In this document: positions 16,305 through 24,081 of the stretch, one piece after another
How the letters are laid out: the number at the start of each line of letters is the position of its first letter
Numbering within the stretch: position 1 is the first letter of the stretch
Source of the DNA: a virus
Taxonomy: Duplodnaviria > Caudoviricetes
Length of the DNA: 36,759 nucleotides
IMG/VR virus record: IMGVR_UViG_3300020707_000012
Coordinates: 1-36,759 of that record
Reading direction: 5' to 3' (one strand)
The notes under the pieces: model-generated
The model's input: the letters and a program-made list of their open reading frames with translations, nothing else
Told to the model about the DNA's origin: nothing
Database searches by the model: none
Position numbers and translations under genes: made by a program

Positions 16305-18230
16305 TTAAACCTGTGTTGTTACTGCAATCACATCCCAACGACTGTTATTGACGTTGTAAATACAGCCCACATACGTTGTTTTGCTTGCTGTTGTAGTTGT
16401 TGGTAATGTCACGCCAATCACGGTAAATGTGGCGTTCCAAGACAGCGTTTGTGGGGTTCCATTGTCCAAGATGCGAAAGATCAGTTTATTGCCGTCTACT
16501 GGCGTTCCTGTGGGGGCGTTGATCGTCAGCGTTGCAGCTTGTGCCGTCCATGCGTATTCATCATACGCGCTAATGTCTGGTGTTACAGCAGAAGCAGAAG
16601 ATGTCGTAACCGATACACGCGGATTATTACGTCCATACCATGTACCGTTTGTATATGTGCCAGCCCATGAAAGCGTATTAGTTGACCAAGAAACATTTGA
16701 AGGTGCTTGGTAATGGTAATCCCATGAACCTGCAGCAATTGAATTGCTTAAAAGAATAATTTCAACAAAACTGCCAGACTGAACAGTAACAATTGTAGTT
16801 CCAGAGTTATTCTTTACAACAATCGTTCCAGAGGATTGATTATTGTTAAACGTGTATATAGCACCAGATGGCAACGTAGTTGCATCAGGAAATTGGTACG
16901 TCTGACCACCAGATCCAGTCACCACAAAGTTTGGTGTAGAACTGGCAGTCAAAGTTGTAGTTGTACCTGCGGCAGCTACGTTTGTAAAACCTTCATAAAA
17001 ATCATTTGCTGTTACGTTTTGATTTGCATCTCTCAAAACAACAGAATTGGCTCCTGATGTTCCATAAGATGACCCCCAAGCAGAACCAGTAGATACTGCT
17101 ATCCCTGCGCCAGGATATGTTGTTGGCCCTTGCGCACCACTGAAACCTGACCAGCCTGAAATTCCGCTAAAACCTGACGTCCCTGACGCCCCTACTTGGC
17201 CAGACCAACCGCTAAAACCTGACGCCCCTGACGCCCCCGAATAGCCTGACCAACCAGACACGCCTGACCCGCTATAGCCTGACGTCCCTGACCAGCCCGA
17301 AATCCCACTATAACCTGATGTCCCTTGCGCCCCCGAATAGCCTGACCAACCAGACACGCCTGACCCGCTATAGCCACTAAAACCCGACCAGCCAGACACG
17401 CCTGACCCGCTATAGCCACTAAACCCCGACCAGCCAGACACGCCTGACCCGCTATAGCCACTAAACCCCGACCAGCCCGAAATGCCAGACCAACCTGACG
17501 CCCCTGACGCCCCCACTTGGCCAGACCAACCAGACGTCCCGCTAAAACCTGACCAGCCAGACACGCCTGAACCACTATATCCCGACCAGCCTGATATACC
17601 TGAACCGCTAAAGCCTGACCAACCTGACGTCCCGCTATAACCGCTAAAACCTGACGTCCCCGATTGGCCAGCTGGGCCAACTATTTGTCCAACATTGTTC
17701 CAGGTCGTTCCACTCCAAACGTACAAATCGCCATTGGATGAAACAATGTATGCATCATTGGGATTGTTGCCTGTCGCTGGCAAATTGGCTGGTGTGGCCA
17801 CTGTGCCTTTGATGTTGATCGATGTCCCTTGCTGGCCTGAGTACCCGCTAAATCCCGAGTACCCTGAAATTCCTGACCCGCTATAGCCACTGATCCCACT
17901 GAAACCAGACCAACCTGACGTCCCTGACGTCCCCACCGCCCCGCTGAAACCAGACCAGCCTGACGTCCCTGACGTCCCTACTTGGCCAGACCAACCCGAA
18001 GTCCCGCTAAAACCTGACGTCCCTTGCGCCCCTGAATAGCCTGACCAGCCAGACGTCCCAGAGCCTGAATAGCCTGAAATACCTGACCCGCTATAACCGC
18101 TAAAGCCCGAATACCCACTAAATCCAGACACCCCAAAACTGGATTTGTTTACATTGATGATTTGATTGGGTGGTGGTGTGACCTGAATATTGACATTGTT
18201 GTCATTGATGACTGTGACTTTTGTATTCAT
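16305..18230 (-). CDS. Fibre protein with long Gly-X-Ser collagen-like repeats
   Basis: Two blocks of G-[FYWTVIA]-S triplets around a 'LPATGN..DAYIV...LYVW....W.NVGQI.GP' domain; C-terminal globular domains. Confidence 0.8.
   Translation of the reverse strand: MNTKVTVINDNNVNIQVTPPPNQIINVNKSSFGVSGFSGYSGFSGYSGSGISGYSGSGTSGWSGYSGAQGTSGFSGTSGWSGQVGTSGTSGWSGFSGAVGTSGTSGWSGFSGISGYSGSGISGYSGFSGYSGQQGTSINIKGTVATPANLPATGNNPNDAYIVSSNGDLYVWSGTTWNNVGQIVGPAGQSGTSGFSGYSGTSGWSGFSGSGISGWSGYSGSGVSGWSGFSGTSGWSGQVGASGASGWSGISGWSGFSGYSGSGVSGWSGFSGYSGSGVSGWSGFSGYSGSGVSGWSGYSGAQGTSGYSGISGWSGTSGYSGSGVSGWSGYSGASGASGFSGWSGQVGASGTSGFSGISGWSGFSGAQGPTTYPGAGIAVSTGSAWGSSYGTSGANSVVLRDANQNVTANDFYEGFTNVAAAGTTTTLTASSTPNFVVTGSGGQTYQFPDATTLPSGAIYTFNNNQSSGTIVVKNNSGTTIVTVQSGSFVEIILLSNSIAAGSWDYHYQAPSNVSWSTNTLSWAGTYTNGTWYGRNNPRVSVTTSSASAVTPDISAYDEYAWTAQAATLTINAPTGTPVDGNKLIFRILDNGTPQTLSWNATFTVIGVTLPTTTTASKTTYVGCIYNVNNSRWDVIAVTTQV
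17351..17476. repeat. Three near-perfect 42-bp tandem repeats inside the GxS fibre gene
   Basis: Unit CAGACACGCCTGACCCGCTATAGCCACTAAAMCCCGACCAGC, encoding the 14-aa unit GWSGFSGYSGSGVS. Confidence 0.85.
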
Positions 18231-18232
18231 GT

Positions 18233-18715
18233 TTACTCCACCACAATGCCATCAGACCGCACAATGAAGAATAAAAAGACAATGATGTCTTCAGCTGGGG
18301 TCGATCCATTGGCTGGAAAACTGATCTTAATTCGGCCTGAATAGCCAATGCCATTGGGGTCTGCAATGTCCAATCCTGGATCAGTGGCCATCAGCCCCCA
18401 AGCACTGTCATCAATTACCAAAGTGAATGAGCCACCTGTGTAATTGATGTTTGTGACTGTCAGTGTAATGGGTGTGGGTGTTGGAGTGTAATCGCCAATG
18501 GTGAATGTCAAACCATTCCTGGTGTCAATCACATTGGTTAAAACTCTGCGAATGATTTGGGCATCGATGGTGGCACCAGTTAATGGCAAAACACCAGCAT
18601 CGTTGGTCATAAAGAGATTCCAGAATGCTTTCTGCTCCCAGACCAATTCGCCAGACAAAATCGGATTGTCAAACCCAGATACTTGGGTCAATGAATTTTT
18701 GTTGAAAACTGTCAT
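18233..18715 (-). CDS. Virion structural protein (fibre-anchoring, BppU-like candidate)
   Basis: PLTGATIDAQI and FTLVI beta pattern; directly upstream of the fibre. Confidence 0.55.
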   Translation of the reverse strand: MTVFNKNSLTQVSGFDNPILSGELVWEQKAFWNLFMTNDAGVLPLTGATIDAQIIRRVLTNVIDTRNGLTFTIGDYTPTPTPITLTVTNINYTGGSFTLVIDDSAWGLMATDPGLDIADPNGIGYSGRIKISFPANGSTPAEDIIVFLFFIVRSDGIVVE

Positions 18716-18722
18716 TACATTC

Positions 18723-18760
18723 CCTTACTAGGTAGTGACGCTGCCAATGTACTCACTGGC
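18723..18760 (-). promoter_or_regulatory. Twin AGUA-loop hairpins over the RBS (candidate translational operator)
   Basis: GCCAGUG-AGUA-CAUUGGC and CCU-AGUA-AGG; the second overlaps the SD AAGGGA. Confidence 0.4.
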
Positions 18761-18786
18761 CCCGAATGTTTTGTCTTGTTTTGAAT

Positions 18787-18814
18787 ATTTTAACCAATAA
18801 TTGATTTTTTACAA
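18787..18814 (-). promoter_or_regulatory. Possible sigma70-type internal promoter
   Basis: TTGTAA-16 nt-TAAAAT in the only sizeable gap in this part of the tail region. Confidence 0.35.
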
Positions 18815-19282
18815 TCAATTTGTTGTTGGTGGAATTGGCCAAACCACATTAAATGGATACCCTGATTGAGTGGTTACATCTCTTAGGGCTTGTCTGTATG
18901 TTTTCCAGTCAGTAGGGATTGGAACCCCTTGGTCGGTAGCCCGAACGACTATCCAGTCAGAAATGGATAATAAGTTATCCCTTTTTGCTCCAACGGCAAC
19001 AATTTGATCTGCCCGTAGCTGGTCTGTGGTTCTCGTATCTACATAGGTAAATGAAGTATTACTCCATTCCATATAGGGCGGTTGAACCTGATTTTTCAAA
19101 GTTTTTTGAGAAGGTGTGTATGTTTGAATTTGTTTATTCAAAACATAATTGGAAAGATAATTACTTTCCCCTTCTATGGTTTCACAGCCAGGTTCCGTTT
19201 GAAATGGAAATCCATCATCGTCACAATGCCCAGAACGAACAATTTCTCCTGTGACGGGGTTGTAGATTGTGTAATACTTCAT
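18815..19282 (-). CDS. Tail fibre assembly chaperone-like protein
   Basis: RDNLLSISDW...W..YRQALRDVT.Q.GYP..V.WP..P. Confidence 0.8.
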   Translation of the reverse strand: MKYYTIYNPVTGEIVRSGHCDDDGFPFQTEPGCETIEGESNYLSNYVLNKQIQTYTPSQKTLKNQVQPPYMEWSNTSFTYVDTRTTDQLRADQIVAVGAKRDNLLSISDWIVVRATDQGVPIPTDWKTYRQALRDVTTQSGYPFNVVWPIPPTTN

Positions 19283-22227
19283 ATTAAAGGTTGGAAAAAA
19301 GTTGTTTCAACTCTAGTAAAAAATGGCGTTCCGTATCCAACTATATTAAAGCTAGTATCGTGAAAAGTTGCAGTTGCAGAAACAGAGTATGTATAACTAT
19401 TTGCAGGAATTGCTCCAGCCAAAGGAACAGCCACTTGGCATCCACACTTAGCCGTACCTAACTCAATGAATGTTGGTATAACTAAAACAGTTTCATAAAC
19501 TGGGCCACCAAAACCTGTCAAATAAAAAATCATATCAATCGTACAAGACACTGCTGAAGAAGCAGAAGCAAGTGACGCAGATAGAAATCCTGTTGTATTT
19601 ATAATTGCAGGATAAGATGCATTGTTTGCTGATACAGAAAAAGTAAGCAAAGTAATTGGAGATGATATATTTCCGCCTGCAATTGAAGCTGCAGTGTTCT
19701 GGGTAAATCCATTAATAAACACACCTGATGCTGAATTGGTAATGTTTGATGATGAATTACCAAAAGCAAAGTATCCAGTAGGGTATAAAACACCTCCAGA
19801 ACCTGTCATCCCAGTTCCACTTAATGCAGCAGTATTTGCTTGAAATGTTCCAGTTACATTTAAATTTCCAGTATTTGTTGAAACCGCACTTAAATTTGTA
19901 ACATTTAATGCACTGGCAGTGATTGTGCCAGTGTTAATATTTCCACCATTGATAAATGTGGTACCAGTTGATGTTGCCAAATTGGTAAATGAAACCAATC
20001 CATTGAAATTTGTCCAGTTGTAAACTGTACTGATGGTCACTGTCTGTGCACCACCATATGTGGTTTCAATCACATAATAAGTGGCTGCCCAAAATTGAGT
20101 GGTATATGTTGCAGTTGGTGCAGTAAATGTAGTTGACCAGCCTGATGTAAGACTTGAAAATGTTCCAGTTGAAAAATTGTATCCGCTGGCCGTTGGTGTA
20201 GCTGGTGCAGTTGAACTTGAATTTGCATAATAAAGTTGACCAATGGCAGTCCTTGGGCCAGTGGCTCCTGTGCCTGAACTGCCAGAAAAACCACTATAAC
20301 CTGACGCTCCACTATACCCTGACACGCCTGACATTCCGACTGGTGCCCAGGCAAATCCAGCACTGATTGGACTCAATGGTGTTGATGTTTTTTCATTTCC
20401 AACTGTGTATGCAAAATAATATGTTGCAGCTGGCAGCACAATGTCCACAAATGTATAGTATGTGTTGTTTGGAGCTGGCAAACTGTTTGCCGTTTGTGCG
20501 TTTGACCAGACTTTCCAATCCGATCCTGATGGTGTGGCCACTGTCGTATAGTACAGTGTTGAATTGGTCACACGCCCAGTGACTGGAATAAAAATTTGAA
20601 CATTGAAATATGGAATATTTGCAGTCTCATAATGTGCAGTCACAGTCGGTGCAGTCAATGCTGAAAAGAAATTAGGTGATGCTAATCCACTTCTTGGAGT
20701 TGGATGATATTGAGTAATATCTGAAGTTGCATAAACATTTGAATCATAAGCAATCAGCTGCAATGCAGCTCCCAAAGAACCATCTGGCAATGATGCTTCT
20801 TTGACTTGCATCACTCTGAACTGTTGATTTGTCCATCCATAGTAACTATTGGTCACTGTTACTACATCACCAGCATTGACTTGAATGCCAGTGTAATTGG
20901 TGGAAAAATTAACCACCAAATCAAGCCTGTTTTGTTCCAATGTTCGATTTGCCAAATATTGGGCCATCACAGAATTGTTGACCAAATCATAAGACACTGT
21001 GAATTTATTCACTGGCTCATTTTGATATATCAAATTGGCTGGTGTTTGTAAATTTACATAACCAGCTTGATCTCTATTGGTTGAATCATTAAATTTGGCC
21101 TCAATTTGGTTGATCATTTGAGTAATGTCCAACTCGCCAACTGTAATTGATCCAACAATATTTGTATCATCAAATGCAAATGATGGTGTAATCGATTGAT
21201 TGATTACCACTTCCCAATATCCAGTGGCTGCTTGATAGGCTTGCCAACAATCGCAGCAAGTCATCATCAAATCAATATTTGATAAAACTGTTTGGCCAGT
21301 ATCCAAAACACCATTGAATCTGTATCTAGGTGTTGTTTGTGGATTACCATTTGAATCAATATAATTGATCAATTGATCAGAATATGTATTCAATGCAGTG
21401 GCTGATGCAGAGCTGACAAATGATGGATCAACTGCACCACCATAGATTGGATTGGTCAAATAGTCATACCAAACATCACCAGGTTTTGCACACCCAGTGG
21501 AATTCAAATAATGGCTGACATAGAAAGTCACTGGCTGCAATGAGGTCGTGCCTGGTGAATTGTTGTTGTAATTCAATCTGATAATTGCAAACGCCAAGCC
21601 ATTCATTTGCCTATTAGTTGTTGCCCATTGCTGGCCAGATGGACAAGTATTTGGATTTGATGGATCGTATGTCATCACATCAGATGGCATCAATGTTGTA
21701 TTGACTGGTGTGATCACACCACTTGCTGATGATGTATACAAGTAAATATAAAGTTTACTTGAACCATCATCATTCATAATTGATGTATCAACATTACCAG
21801 CACCATCTATCAAATTCACTACTTTGGTTTGATCTGTTGTATCAAATGTGATTGTTTGATCTGAATAATAAAACTGTGATGCAGTTGGTGGAGTTGCTGC
21901 AGCTGGCAAATTGTAAATAAATTGGCCATTTGGACTGATGTTTGAAATGACCATTACATAAAACATCGATTTTTGATCTTGCGTCAAAACCGCATCGCAA
22001 AATCTTCCGCCTGTATATGCATCTCCATAAACCAATGGAATGCCAGCCGTTGGGTCTGGTGGTACTTGTTGCCTAATGTTATTTTGCTGGGCTTGTGGAA
22101 CATTTGGAGCAAAGATTCTTGATGCCACAACTGACACTGCAAACGTGACTGCCATTTGTGTGGCCAATCCAGCTCCAGCATACCATGTGGAAAATGTTTC
22201 CCACGCCAGAATTACGTCTTCAATCAT
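19279..22227 (-). CDS. Tail tip / host-specificity protein (lambda J-like central hub)
   Basis: IPLVYG, DYLTNPIYG, RYRFNGVLDT, GDVVTVT..YGW..Q.FRV; position after the distal tail genes. Confidence 0.8.
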   Translation of the reverse strand: MIEDVILAWETFSTWYAGAGLATQMAVTFAVSVVASRIFAPNVPQAQQNNIRQQVPPDPTAGIPLVYGDAYTGGRFCDAVLTQDQKSMFYVMVISNISPNGQFIYNLPAAATPPTASQFYYSDQTITFDTTDQTKVVNLIDGAGNVDTSIMNDDGSSKLYIYLYTSSASGVITPVNTTLMPSDVMTYDPSNPNTCPSGQQWATTNRQMNGLAFAIIRLNYNNNSPGTTSLQPVTFYVSHYLNSTGCAKPGDVWYDYLTNPIYGGAVDPSFVSSASATALNTYSDQLINYIDSNGNPQTTPRYRFNGVLDTGQTVLSNIDLMMTCCDCWQAYQAATGYWEVVINQSITPSFAFDDTNIVGSITVGELDITQMINQIEAKFNDSTNRDQAGYVNLQTPANLIYQNEPVNKFTVSYDLVNNSVMAQYLANRTLEQNRLDLVVNFSTNYTGIQVNAGDVVTVTNSYYGWTNQQFRVMQVKEASLPDGSLGAALQLIAYDSNVYATSDITQYHPTPRSGLASPNFFSALTAPTVTAHYETANIPYFNVQIFIPVTGRVTNSTLYYTTVATPSGSDWKVWSNAQTANSLPAPNNTYYTFVDIVLPAATYYFAYTVGNEKTSTPLSPISAGFAWAPVGMSGVSGYSGASGYSGFSGSSGTGATGPRTAIGQLYYANSSSTAPATPTASGYNFSTGTFSSLTSGWSTTFTAPTATYTTQFWAATYYVIETTYGGAQTVTISTVYNWTNFNGLVSFTNLATSTGTTFINGGNINTGTITASALNVTNLSAVSTNTGNLNVTGTFQANTAALSGTGMTGSGGVLYPTGYFAFGNSSSNITNSASGVFINGFTQNTAASIAGGNISSPITLLTFSVSANNASYPAIINTTGFLSASLASASSAVSCTIDMIFYLTGFGGPVYETVLVIPTFIELGTAKCGCQVAVPLAGAIPANSYTYSVSATATFHDTSFNIVGYGTPFFTRVETTFFQPLI

Positions 22228-22676
22228 AATTGTTCTCTGAAAAATGTTGTATGCAGTTTTTGAAATCCACGTTTTGAATAATCAATGTCTGGGCTTGTTG
22301 CCATCAATGATGTCATCACCACATCGACCCTCTTTTCATCCAATAGCTTTTGAGCCTGTTTGTTAAATTCTAGCCACAATTTGCCCCCAAGCAATCCATT
22401 TCTTTCCTCTGGTGAAACCCACCATGCCAATTCATTTAAAACATTGGTTTTAGGACACCAAACATTGGGGGTGATCATGGCAATCATCATGCCTTTTAAA
22501 TCTTCATCCATCACAATAAAACCACGACCCAAAATAATGTTGTAAAGCAAATTTCCAACATATTTTTTATCCCAAAGTGTTTGATCTTTGTATTTTTGAA
22601 TCAATGTTTCTTTCGAAAATTCTTCAATCAATGCAATCAAAATTGGAACATCAAATTTGTTTGCAAGCCTGATCAT
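22224..22676 (-). CDS. GNAT-fold protein in the tail module
   Basis: MIRLA..FD, ELAWWVSPEERNG..G, YSKRGF. Confidence 0.7.
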   Translation of the reverse strand: MIRLANKFDVPILIALIEEFSKETLIQKYKDQTLWDKKYVGNLLYNIILGRGFIVMDEDLKGMMIAMITPNVWCPKTNVLNELAWWVSPEERNGLLGGKLWLEFNKQAQKLLDEKRVDVVMTSLMATSPDIDYSKRGFQKLHTTFFREQL

Positions 22677-23473
22677 TGGACAAAATGCACAATTGCAGCT
22701 GGATTGCTGGATGTTGATCCAATGACCTTAGTGGCAGAGCCTGGTATTGGATTTTGACCAAAATTGAAATATGTGGATGCAATCACTGGCACTCGATCCA
22801 TGCTTGTATCATTGGCATATAAAAATCTCCAATTTGATGGATTGGTTTTAATGCCAGCAATTCTTGAATCTAGTACCAATCGCATCGATGCACATGAAAC
22901 AACACAAACAACTGTGCGTTCACGTTTTTTTTCATCAAATGTTTCATTGATGGCCACATTGTTCACAATACCTTGGTATCTTTGGAAAAACTGCTGCACA
23001 CCGCCAATGGTTTGAATTTGATTGTTGGAATCAAGAAATCCACGCCAAATTTTCATGGAACTGCCTTTTACATTGGCTTCCAATATCAATGCAACAATAT
23101 TGATGTCCAATCCAGACAATGACACTTTAATATCAACACTTGATGCTTTCATATCTTGTTGAATTTCACTGATACCTAAAAAGTTACCAGCTCCAACAAA
23201 TGTAATGCCATTTACTGTAATGGCTGATGCAGCATTGCAAAATGTATATGTTTGTTGCGCTTTACCAGTGCCTGTTCCACTTCCTGTTGCAGTAAATGTT
23301 ACTCCAACTGTATTTGATAATGCTCCAATAGCAGTGAAGTCTGTTGTTCCAACAACAAAAATTGTGTAAGACTGTCCAACAACAAAATCACCAGCAAATG
23401 TGGTGATAATGATTTCTACAAATTCAGCATATCGAATTGAACTTGAACTCAATGCAGCCATTGCAGTTGACAT
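22673..23473 (-). CDS. Minor tail protein (DUF2163 / hub-like)
   Basis: LGISEIQQDMKA...VSLSG...KIWRGF; gene order. Confidence 0.65.
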   Translation of the reverse strand: MSTAMAALSSSSIRYAEFVEIIITTFAGDFVVGQSYTIFVVGTTDFTAIGALSNTVGVTFTATGSGTGTGKAQQTYTFCNAASAITVNGITFVGAGNFLGISEIQQDMKASSVDIKVSLSGLDINIVALILEANVKGSSMKIWRGFLDSNNQIQTIGGVQQFFQRYQGIVNNVAINETFDEKKRERTVVCVVSCASMRLVLDSRIAGIKTNPSNWRFLYANDTSMDRVPVIASTYFNFGQNPIPGSATKVIGSTSSNPAAIVHFVQ

Positions 23474-23478
23474 AATTT

Positions 23479-24081
23479 TTATCCTGTAATGTATTCTCTA
23501 AAAACAAAAGGACCAGACCATTCTACCCATGCGCCATTGGTCATTGGATTCAATGTATATGTTGGCAATTGTTCAGCCAATACATAAAAGCTGCAATTAT
23601 TGCCAAGCAATACTGGTGCAGTTGATGTTGGTGATCCAATCAATGGTCGATTGATATTGATCACCGACCCAGCTGAATCCGCAGTCACTTTGTAAACATA
23701 TCCATTGATTGAAATGAAGTCCCCAGCCAACAATGTACCATTTGATGTGATGTTAATGGTTTGACTGTTTGGTGTTGGTGTTCCACTTAAACTTGCCACT
23801 GTGGCCGTTCCACGCATGGCCGTGAACCATTTTAAATCATTTGATTGAAAAGTAATGTAATCTGGCAGCTGCCGATCCAAATTGTCGATGGCTTGGATCA
23901 CATCTCTGACTTGTGGATAATACAAAAAATTGTGTGGAGTAATGGTAAACACCCATGGCACTGTTGTCAGATATTGGGCCACTGTAATTTGACCTGATCG
24001 AGAAACCTGTTGACCAACAGTGCGTCTGTTGTTTACATTCATTTTTTGTTGAATTTCAACAATGTTTTGAAAGCCAGCCAT
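23479..24081 (-). CDS. Distal tail protein
   Basis: Immediately after the tape measure; ends in FRE-type motif. Confidence 0.65.
   Translation of the reverse strand: MAGFQNIVEIQQKMNVNNRRTVGQQVSRSGQITVAQYLTTVPWVFTITPHNFLYYPQVRDVIQAIDNLDRQLPDYITFQSNDLKWFTAMRGTATVASLSGTPTPNSQTINITSNGTLLAGDFISINGYVYKVTADSAGSVININRPLIGSPTSTAPVLLGNNCSFYVLAEQLPTYTLNPMTNGAWVEWSGPFVFREYITG

Noticed and set aside
17130-18135. Diversity-generating retroelement or non-coding repeat; alternate-frame ORFs 17192..17680 and 17681..17899
   Set aside because: No reverse transcriptase and no adenine-specific TR/VR pair; the repeats and shadow ORFs follow from the GxS coding.
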